A DNA stretch of 20,000 bases from an uncultured virus (IMG/VR IMGVR_UViG_3300009873_000028) (taxonomy: Duplodnaviria; Heunggongvirae; Uroviricota; Caudoviricetes), in IMG/VR virus record IMGVR_UViG_3300009873_000028, one strand, 5' to 3'. Position 1 is the first letter of the stretch; each line of letters begins with the position of its first letter. The notes beneath the pieces are model-generated. The model was not told where the DNA came from and did not search any database. It worked only from the letters and a program-made list of their open reading frames with translations. Below, in pieces: positions 1 to 6,930 of the stretch. The translations under genes were made by a program, and so were the position numbers.

Positions 1-962
1 TGCATCTCGTGTGCTAGGAGCTGGCGGAGATTTTCCACTACTCCCTGGGCATCCTGGGCATCCCTCAGCGCCCTAACGATCCCGTAGCGACCTAGGGTCA
101 CCACGTTGTCTTGCTGGTGAGCAAAGATAGGCAAGCTGGGGTCCACCACTAGGCGCTGCGGAGGCATAGCTGGAACTTCCCCAGGGAAGGCCCCCTCGAA
201 GCCGCCGCGGGCAACTACTTCGTGCAGAGCCTTCAGGGTATTGTTGGCGAGGTACTCTACTCCGCTGATAGCTTCAGGGCTAAGCTGTACATCCGGTGCA
301 GAAGTCTTGGCGGTCTTGAAGTAAGGGTGCGCCTGCATGGCGTCAGAAGCGGCGGCTGCGGCAGCTGGCTTAAGGTTTCTTGCTGCGGCAAGGCCTATCC
401 CACCACCGCCTATGCGTACTCCGCCGAAAGCTGCACGGAGGGGGTCCCTTTCCTCTACCCCCTTGAAGATGTCTCCTGCTCCCATGGCCACGTCAGCAGC
501 GCTGACAGCCTTGAGCGCCCCAGCTCCAGGAAGCGCTCCTGCTACGCTGGTAGGAGTAGCTAGACCCTTTCCTGCCTCCCCTCCAGCCTTCATGCCTTCT
601 GCTATGGCACTGTAGGTGTTAGGATCCCCCAGGGCTTGCCAGGGTGGACGCTCGCCCGCGGTGAGGGTGCCGGCTGCTGCAAAGGGCGCACCAATGAGCT
701 TTCCGGCAGCTTCCAGTCCCTTAAGCCCTGAGGCTACCTTAACTCCTTCAGCTAGGGGCTTAGGAAGGTACTTGTCAAGCCCGCGCTCAGCAGCTAAGCC
801 GCTGAGGTTCTCCTGCTCGTAAGCGCTGATGTCTCCTAGCGGCGCAAGCAGAGCTTTCCCTGCGGCCTTCCAATTGAAAGGCCTAGGAGCTGGGGGACCC
901 GACATCTCGTCGGGGTTCCCTGCTGAACTCTCCTGGTCTAGGAGGTCTTGATAGTAACCCAA
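1..962 (-). CDS. Large internal virion/ejection protein, N-terminal part only (runs off the left edge); possible zincin metallopeptidase domain
   Basis: Not in the ORF track. Hand translation from TTG at 962 (3 nt after the upstream TAA; alternative ATG at 905) is open to position 1: MGYYQDLLDQESSAGNPDEMSGPPAPRPFNWKAAGKALLAPLGD...PIFAHQQDNVVTLGRYGIVRALRDAQDAQGVVENLRQLLAHEM. The N-terminus is Ala/Gly-rich. It is the last gene of the post-nozzle block, where podoviruses encode their largest ejection protein. Confidence 0.7.
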   Translation of the reverse strand, partial: MGYYQDLLDQESSAGNPDEMSGPPAPRPFNWKAAGKALLAPLGDISAYEQENLSGLAAERGLDKYLPKPLAEGVKVASGLKGLEAAGKLIGAPFAAAGTLTAGERPPWQALGDPNTYSAIAEGMKAGGEAGKGLATPTSVAGALPGAGALKAVSAADVAMGAGDIFKGVEERDPLRAAFGGVRIGGGGIGLAAARNLKPAAAAAASDAMQAHPYFKTAKTSAPDVQLSPEAISGVEYLANNTLKALHEVVARGGFEGAFPGEVPAMPPQRLVVDPSLPIFAHQQDNVVTLGRYGIVRALRDAQDAQGVVENLRQLLAHEM

Positions 963-965
963 GGT

Positions 966-2165
966 TTACTCGCTTTGCATTGCCTGGTAAAGGAACATCA
1001 ACATGTCGGCCTCGTCGGTGCGGGGGTCGAAGGCTTGGCCCTCCACTATCCACTTCCCGGCGTTGGTGGGATCCACGTAGTTGGGTGGCTGGATGTCCAC
1101 TCCGATGGCTTGGGCAGCCCGAAGGATAGCTTCCTTGTTCTGCATGACCGCTTTCACAAGTGAACGCTCGGTGACCACAGGCTTGCCGGTCTCTTCGTCC
1201 ACTTCTGGGAAGAGCCTGATCTGGTTCTGGACCAGGTTGTTGATGTTAGCCATGGTGCGGCGGCGCTTCTGATCGTCCAAAGTGTCCTGGCGGCCCTGCT
1301 GGTTGATACCTGCTACTGCCTTCCTACCTCTGATCTGCTCTTCCAGCTGAGCTAGGCGGAAAGCACGCTCTTCCCGCTTTTGCTCTCTATCACTAGAAAG
1401 CTTCAGGTACTCACTCCGAGTGACAGGTGTGCCTTCGTAGTTGTACTCACCCTTTTGCTCCATCGGCTGCGCGAGTCCCTGAGCCTCCCGCTCCTTCTGA
1501 AGTAGACCCTCTCCAGCCACTTGCTGCTTCACCTTCGTGAGCATTCCCACCTGTTCCAGCTCCGGCCTGAACCTCTGAACCTCTGTGAGGAACATGCTCA
1601 CATTCTTCTCGTTGTCTACCTTCCCGTCCTGCATGTCCTTGTCGAGGGCAACCTTGGCTTGGGCGAGAGAGGCAAACTTAGGGTCAGTGAGCACTTCCGG
1701 CGGAAGCGCTTGGCTCTGTTGGAAGGCTCCTTCCCACATGCTGTGCCGGCGGTTCAGCTGGTCTAGCTGCTCCTGCTTGAAGCGCTGCACATGCGAGGGA
1801 GCTTCCACCCCTTGCATTCCCTTGCCGGTTCTTCCGAAATCGCTTAGCAGAATGCTGGCGTTCTTGAGGATCCCGCCCCAGTCGCGCTTGGGCTTGCTGA
1901 AGTCTCCTTCCACCGAGACCTCTGGTCTCGATGGGGCGAAGGTAGGGGTTGCCCCCAGCGCGGGGCTGCTCTGCGCTTGAGGAAGGCTTTGCATCAAGCT
2001 AGCGAGCGGAACTTCCCAGTCCGGCTTGGCCTGCGCCCCAGCTCCGGTTAGCTCCACGCTGTCCTGGAAGCCTTGCACTTCCTGCTTTGCCTGAGGATCC
2101 CCTGCTTCAGCTCGCTCAAAGAGCTTCTTCAGCCTCAGGGTGTCCATCATGTTGCTAAGAGGCAT
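966..2165 (-). CDS. Putative internal virion (ejection) protein, Gln/Glu/Lys-rich and helical
   Basis: About 400-aa ORF in the operon strand. ATG at 2165 follows AAGGAG and is preferred over the track's TTG at 2171. Coiled-coil-like segments are present (REQKREERAFRLAQLEEQIR). Function is inferred from position and composition only. Confidence 0.55.
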   Translation of the reverse strand: MPLSNMMDTLRLKKLFERAEAGDPQAKQEVQGFQDSVELTGAGAQAKPDWEVPLASLMQSLPQAQSSPALGATPTFAPSRPEVSVEGDFSKPKRDWGGILKNASILLSDFGRTGKGMQGVEAPSHVQRFKQEQLDQLNRRHSMWEGAFQQSQALPPEVLTDPKFASLAQAKVALDKDMQDGKVDNEKNVSMFLTEVQRFRPELEQVGMLTKVKQQVAGEGLLQKEREAQGLAQPMEQKGEYNYEGTPVTRSEYLKLSSDREQKREERAFRLAQLEEQIRGRKAVAGINQQGRQDTLDDQKRRRTMANINNLVQNQIRLFPEVDEETGKPVVTERSLVKAVMQNKEAILRAAQAIGVDIQPPNYVDPTNAGKWIVEGQAFDPRTDEADMLMFLYQAMQSE

Positions 2166-3585
2166 CGCCAAGCTCCTTCACAGCGTTGAGGGTGAGTGCT
2201 AGCAGCCCGTAAGAGTCAACCCGCTTGAGCCCGTCGGGACCCTCTTCTACCAGCTCCGGTGCTACCTTCTCCACGTCCTGGGCCATCACACCAAGCCTTC
2301 TACGCTCCGGCTCAAAGGTGTAGTTGTAGGAGTACACCGGGATTTGCTTAAGAGCTGAAAGGCTAGGAAGCTCTTCAATGTTTTCCTTCACCCTGATGTC
2401 GCTGAGCACACCGAAGATACGGTCGAGGGTGCTAGGCTTATTTGCCTTAGCTTGGGCGTTGATTGCATTGATCTGCGCCTGCCGGTCGAGGGCGTTCTGA
2501 CCAGTCTGCCAAGCCCTGCCAGCGCCGGTTTGATCCGCGAACTGTTGCTGTGCAAGGTTCTGTCCTGCCCAGCCGAGGCCAAGCTGTCCCTGACCTAGGC
2601 GCTCTTGCACGCCAAGGCCTCCCCAGCCAAGCTGGTTCTGCATATCAGCCTGACGGGCCTGCTCATTCAGTCCAGCGTACTGGAACGGTAGCTGCCCCTG
2701 CCAGTTGAACTCATGACCTAGTAGACCCTGAAGCTCGCCTCTTGCTTGCCCTGCGGCGGCCTGACGCATCCCGCCTAGGCTAGTAAGCTTCTGCTCCTCG
2801 AGTCGGGCTGCAGCGGCGTCCCTTGCTGGCCCAGGTGGCATCGCCATAACCTGTTGCCTAGCTTGGTCTACCTGATCCTGGAACTGCTGTGCTCCACCCC
2901 AGCCCATGTAGTTCTTAAGGGCTTGCTCGGGATCCTGAGCTGCCTGAAGGCCGGTGCTTGCGAGGTACTTGTAGATGGGGTTGTCGAACTGGTTTCCACC
3001 ACCAGCTCCTCCGTAGCCACCACCGCCGCCCGCGCCTCCGCCACCACCTGCTCCGCCGCCGCCTGCCTGGTCCCCAGGGATGCAAGGGTCGGTCTCATTC
3101 GGGCCGCTAGGCACGTAGCCAGGCCTACACTCCGTAGGCTTGTCGAAGAAGCCGGGCTCGCCACGCATGCTGCGGTACTTGCCCGCGTTTGGCCCATCCT
3201 TCACGGCGTACTGGTCCCACTGAGCGAGTACTTCGTTGCTGAAGCGCGCTAGGTCCTCAGGGCGCTGCCCGCCCTGCTGCTGGCTGTACCAGGTGCGGTA
3301 GTCTTGCGCTCCCTGCTGAGAACCGTAGATGGCATTAGGGTCGGAGCCCCTCTGCCCCTGGTTATAAGCTGCGTTGGCCTGGTTTACTGCGGCGTCAGTG
3401 CCAGTGCCCTGGGTGCCGGGAGCCCTCTGGGGTTGAGCTGGTTGAGCTGGTTGCTGAGGAGCGGATGCTGGCTGCTGGGCAGGCTGAGGCATGTTAGCCT
3501 GGGCCTGGTTCCTACTCCATTCCGAGTAGCTTCCGCCTGGTCTACCTTGAGCCTTAAACTCTTCATACGGATCAGAATAAGCCAT
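2155..3585 (-). CDS. Gln/Gly-rich virion protein with a C-terminal peptidase S74 intramolecular chaperone domain
   Basis: The C-terminus SDIRVKENI...VYSYNY...LGVMAQDVEKVAPELV...LKRVDSYGLLALTLNAVKEL is the S74 signature (SDxRxK, GxxAQxxxxxxPExV). The rest is low-complexity Q/G/A/P sequence. SD AAGGA precedes the ATG. Confidence 0.85.
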   Translation of the reverse strand: MAYSDPYEEFKAQGRPGGSYSEWSRNQAQANMPQPAQQPASAPQQPAQPAQPQRAPGTQGTGTDAAVNQANAAYNQGQRGSDPNAIYGSQQGAQDYRTWYSQQQGGQRPEDLARFSNEVLAQWDQYAVKDGPNAGKYRSMRGEPGFFDKPTECRPGYVPSGPNETDPCIPGDQAGGGGAGGGGGAGGGGGYGGAGGGNQFDNPIYKYLASTGLQAAQDPEQALKNYMGWGGAQQFQDQVDQARQQVMAMPPGPARDAAAARLEEQKLTSLGGMRQAAAGQARGELQGLLGHEFNWQGQLPFQYAGLNEQARQADMQNQLGWGGLGVQERLGQGQLGLGWAGQNLAQQQFADQTGAGRAWQTGQNALDRQAQINAINAQAKANKPSTLDRIFGVLSDIRVKENIEELPSLSALKQIPVYSYNYTFEPERRRLGVMAQDVEKVAPELVEEGPDGLKRVDSYGLLALTLNAVKELGDAS

Positions 3586-3587
3586 GT

Positions 3588-3974
3588 TTAATCCTTGTAC
3601 TTTCTAAGGTAGGCCTTAGCAGGCTCAATAAGATGACCCAGCTGTTCTAGTGTAGCAACCAATCTACGGTTGCAAGAGTTGCAAAGCAAACCACGTACAC
3701 GACCTGTGACATGATCGTGGTCAACGTCTAACAGTCTAGGGATCAGGTATTTAGTTGGCTTTTTGCGACTAGGTTTCCCCGGTTCTTTGCAGATGGCACA
3801 GACCCCACCCTGGGCTTCCAACATCTTATGGTAGTCATCTAAACTTATTCCGTAACGGTGCTTAATATGAGCACGCTGCTGGTGTAGTGACTTTTGCCGC
3901 TTATAGCATTCTGGACAACGTACATGCTGTGTTTGATCGTATTCGTGTTGTTCTGTCCTGCCCCTACATTGCAT
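3588..3974 (-). CDS. Endonuclease VII-family nuclease, probably a free-standing homing endonuclease
   Basis: YGISLDDYHKMLEAQGGVCAIC...VDHDHVTGRVRGLLCNSCN is the EndoVII motif set, and there is an N-terminal Cys cluster. GC is lower than in the neighbours (45-48% in two 60-nt lines counted). Confidence 0.9.
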   Translation of the reverse strand: MQCRGRTEQHEYDQTQHVRCPECYKRQKSLHQQRAHIKHRYGISLDDYHKMLEAQGGVCAICKEPGKPSRKKPTKYLIPRLLDVDHDHVTGRVRGLLCNSCNRRLVATLEQLGHLIEPAKAYLRKYKD

Positions 3975-4227
3975 CGTTTATCCTCTCAAACGGCCCGCAG
4001 CATCCGGGGCGGTTAAGCCCGAGAAAGACCTTGAGTGCCGCCCAAGTTCTCCCCCCCACCTTGCCGCGGCACTCCTTGCAGAGCCAGTGCTTGCACCGAG
4101 GGCAGTACGCCGTCCCGGGTTGATTGAAGCCACGACAGATGTGACAGACATAGATTATACCTTTAGGTGATGGTTGTGTCCAGGGTGGGTTCGAAGGGGA
4201 CCCCTGGAGTGAGGCTAGCGTTGACAT
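3964..4227 (-). CDS. Small Zn-finger protein
   Basis: CHIC...CPRCKHWLCKEC...GCCG. The start is uncertain: ATG at 4227 has GGAGG 11 nt upstream but overlaps the previous gene by 65 nt. Confidence 0.6.
   Translation of the reverse strand: MSTLASLQGSPSNPPWTQPSPKGIIYVCHICRGFNQPGTAYCPRCKHWLCKECRGKVGGRTWAALKVFLGLNRPGCCGPFERINDAM
4154..4182 (-). promoter_or_regulatory. Sigma70-like promoter TGGACA-N17-TATAAT
   Basis: Minus strand: -35 TGGACA (4182-4177, 5/6 match), 17-nt spacer, perfect -10 TATAAT (4159-4154). It lies at a gene boundary. Confidence 0.6.
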
Positions 4228-4543
4228 AGACCAAAAGCCCTCCGGAAGTAAACTCTAGAATCACGGCGGAGGTAGAGTCAGCCACCCACTGACCTGCGGA
4301 GTCAACATACGCCCCCCGCGCAAGGGCGCTCTTCTCAAGATCGTCTCCGTAGCGCGAGAGGTAGAAACCGCCTACCTGAAAGTTCTTTCCCTTCCCGGCT
4401 TCGATGGTGAGCGGCAGCGTTCGACGGGTGGTTTCAGTCTTTCCCTCCAAGCGATCTAAGCGCTCTGAGAGCTTAGCCAAGGCGTTGTTAACTGCGGCTT
4501 GGGTAAACTTCCCCTCGACTTGAACTCTGCTGCCCGCTCCCAT
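4163..4543 (-). CDS. Hypothetical protein, probably tail-associated
   Basis: 126 aa, coupled to the nozzle gene by a TAATG overlap with GGAGG upstream. It has a short N-terminal coiled coil (ALAKLSERLDRLE) followed by beta-rich sequence. Confidence 0.65.
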   Translation of the reverse strand: MGAGSRVQVEGKFTQAAVNNALAKLSERLDRLEGKTETTRRTLPLTIEAGKGKNFQVGGFYLSRYGDDLEKSALARGAYVDSAGQWVADSTSAVILEFTSGGLLVYVNASLTPGVPFEPTLDTTIT

Positions 4544-6930
4544 TAGGTGCCTCCACCCTTACGCAGGTAGGCTGCGTAGCCAGCCTGGCTGAATGGAGTC
4601 AAAGCTTGGTAGCTGTTTCCCGTCTGCCACGGCTTAGCGAAGAGCACACAGTCCTCACCGTAGAGCCGGAACGGCTCTACGCTGTCTAGCTTGAAGCTCC
4701 ACACATTTCCCAGCCTTGAGAGCAGCTCTACGTAAATCTTCTTCCTAACCCCGTTGGTGTTGGGTATCACATGGGTGTACACGTCATCCCTTCCGTCAAC
4801 TCCGATGGTAAGCGTGATCGGTGCGTTGCTGCGTACTCCCCAGTAGGAATCCTTGATGTGGTATGGCCCACTCTGGCCCAGGCTCTGTGGTGGATGCTCC
4901 CAGTGCAAGGTGTCCTCTTCGTCTTCACGGAAGAGCACTAGGGCCTGGTAGAGCTTAGGCCGGAGGTTAGGCTCTTCGTTCCAAGCGAAGTCCAGGCTGA
5001 GGCTCCGAGCATAGTAGTCCGAGAGGCTGAAGCTCTGTACCCTTCGCCCACTCACATCTCCCTGTGTGTCAGTGGTGAAGCTGGTACCAGTGTCTTCTTC
5101 CGAGTTGTAGTACGGGGTGATGGTGATGTCTACTCCCCTTGGGTCGTAGTCCAGGATGAGCACACCCCACTCCTTGTGGGTGAGCGGAGCGCCCCCATCC
5201 ATGGCTGCACTTCTAAACTGCGCGTTGAAAGCTTCGTCGGTGTTCTCAACTACGTCGTCGAAGACCTTGATAAGCTGAGTGTTGTAGCTGCCCAGGAGCA
5301 GCTGGTTCCAAGGAAGCCCTTCGTTGAAGTAGGCGGTGCCGAAAGTGTTGGGGCTCCACTCGAGCCACCTGCCACCTTGCACGTCGTAAACTAGGTGGAA
5401 CACCGAGCCTGTGCTCTTCCCCTTGTAGAAGAAGTGCAGCTCTTTGTTGGTGGCCTCCATCCTGATGCTGTCCGCGTTGGTGTAGTCAATAGCCTCTAGG
5501 TCACCCCTAGCTTCTCCCCGGAAGATCGGCTTGAGCGTCTCGTCGGTAATGTTAACTGGAGGATTTGGCTGGCAATCCGTGATGTAGATACCGTCCTTCG
5601 AGCAGATAAACACCATGTTGGGGGCGACAGCAAAAGCATGCCGTCCCGCTGCACCAATGCCAATGGGCACTTCACGAGGCGAGAAGGCAGGCTGAGCTTC
5701 TGGCCCTGAGAAGTCCAGAGCGTATAGGCGCTTGTCGCTGAAGACGTAGGGGTTCGCACCGAAGATGAAGCCATTAAGTAGGTCCTCCCCTGGATCACTT
5801 ACCGCGTTCACGTCATAGCTAGGGTCGTGACGGGCTAGGTCGGTGAGCTTGTTCCAGTAGATATAGTTCTTTCTTACCGGGTCTCCCACCCAGAACACAT
5901 ACTTCCCGAGGAAGGGGCCAAAGGCGTAGTTGAACTTCTGACCAGTGCTGGTTGCACCAGCACTGTCGATAGTGTTGAATACCTCCACTGCGTCAGTGTC
6001 CAGGGCTTCGTTGAGCGCCAGGTCAGCGTCAGTAGTGGTGTCGTCGAAGGTTTGGCCGGCTCCAGCGTTAGTAGAGGTGGCAGCACCCACCAGGCGCCAG
6101 GTGTTAGCTAGGCTGCCTCCCAGTCTCCAGAAGCGGGTGTGTGAGAAGTTTCCGTAGGTGTTAGTGTCGTTGTAGGTGACCCTTACCCCTTGGTTGCTGA
6201 GACTTATCACCGAGCTGATCGCGCTGGGTGGTCCCTGGAAGCCGGTGGTCGCGTCGTACCCGCTGGTGCGGTAGTAATAGTCACCCGTGAGGCCAGTGCC
6301 GTTGGTGGCAAGGGTTGGTGCTGCTGCAGGCTTAGGAATTCCCAGTCGCTTAGCATTGAACGTCGGCACACTGGTGAGGTTGTAGTACCCAGTGTTGATG
6401 TTCTGAGTAGTGTGGGGGGAGTCGAGGTCCAGGTCTACCAGTTTAAGGTACCACTGCCCATCGATCAGGATGATGTGGAGGCCGTTAGGGCTGGAGGTCC
6501 TCACCACACTTAGTCCTGTGGGGTCCAGCACCGCGTAGGTGGCGTAGCCGGTTTGCTTCCTTACCACCGCGCCGTTGATGAAGGTGCGATAGGTGGAGTC
6601 GGAGTAACCCGAAGGGAGGGGAGTGCTTCCGTGGATGCTTAGGTAACCTTCTACGTCATCATCCCCGTCTACGGTGATCTGGCCCAGATAGCGGATGGCC
6701 CTAAGTGGTCCTGTGCTCCAGCCGCTTGGGTAGGCGTAGCTGTGACCTCCCAGGGTGAGCTGGTCCAGGAGCAACGCACCAGTAGGCCGGCGGCCTTCGA
6801 TAACTCCTTCGACGTTGGCGCGCAGGTTCAGCGCGCGGGTGAGCTGCCCAGCTTGGAGCTGCTCAGGCGGACTAGCTAAGTTGAGCCCTCCCAGGACGAA
6901 GCGGAGATTTAAGTTTCTGTAGTCAGCCAC
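4543..6930 (-). CDS. Tail nozzle/hub protein (T7 gp12 / P22 gp10-like position)
   Basis: 795 aa, beta-rich. The N-terminal GGLNL...ALNLR...GVIEGR pattern is typical of podovirus nozzle proteins. An internal Ig/FN3-like segment (GIPKPAAAP...YYYR...RFWR...TFDDTTTDADL) spans about 6019-6345. It lies directly after the adaptor genes. Confidence 0.65.
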   Translation of the reverse strand: MADYRNLNLRFVLGGLNLASPPEQLQAGQLTRALNLRANVEGVIEGRRPTGALLLDQLTLGGHSYAYPSGWSTGPLRAIRYLGQITVDGDDDVEGYLSIHGSTPLPSGYSDSTYRTFINGAVVRKQTGYATYAVLDPTGLSVVRTSSPNGLHIILIDGQWYLKLVDLDLDSPHTTQNINTGYYNLTSVPTFNAKRLGIPKPAAAPTLATNGTGLTGDYYYRTSGYDATTGFQGPPSAISSVISLSNQGVRVTYNDTNTYGNFSHTRFWRLGGSLANTWRLVGAATSTNAGAGQTFDDTTTDADLALNEALDTDAVEVFNTIDSAGATSTGQKFNYAFGPFLGKYVFWVGDPVRKNYIYWNKLTDLARHDPSYDVNAVSDPGEDLLNGFIFGANPYVFSDKRLYALDFSGPEAQPAFSPREVPIGIGAAGRHAFAVAPNMVFICSKDGIYITDCQPNPPVNITDETLKPIFRGEARGDLEAIDYTNADSIRMEATNKELHFFYKGKSTGSVFHLVYDVQGGRWLEWSPNTFGTAYFNEGLPWNQLLLGSYNTQLIKVFDDVVENTDEAFNAQFRSAAMDGGAPLTHKEWGVLILDYDPRGVDITITPYYNSEEDTGTSFTTDTQGDVSGRRVQSFSLSDYYARSLSLDFAWNEEPNLRPKLYQALVLFREDEEDTLHWEHPPQSLGQSGPYHIKDSYWGVRSNAPITLTIGVDGRDDVYTHVIPNTNGVRKKIYVELLSRLGNVWSFKLDSVEPFRLYGEDCVLFAKPWQTGNSYQALTPFSQAGYAAYLRKGGGT

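Noticed and set aside
2995..3063. GGC/GGT-rich tract (also the Pro/Gly tail of the portal at about 15770-15880)
   Set aside because: These are low-complexity protein linkers, not independent repeat elements.
2155..3585. Conventional tail fibre or tailspike call based on the S74 domain
   Set aside because: The body of the protein is Q/G/A/P-rich with no fibre or beta-helix repeats.
3978..4151. Alternative-frame ORF starting ATG TCT GTC just after TATAAT
   Set aside because: It translates to featureless sequence, while the overlapping frame has a coherent Cys pattern. The ATG is also too close to the -10 box to be transcribed from that promoter.
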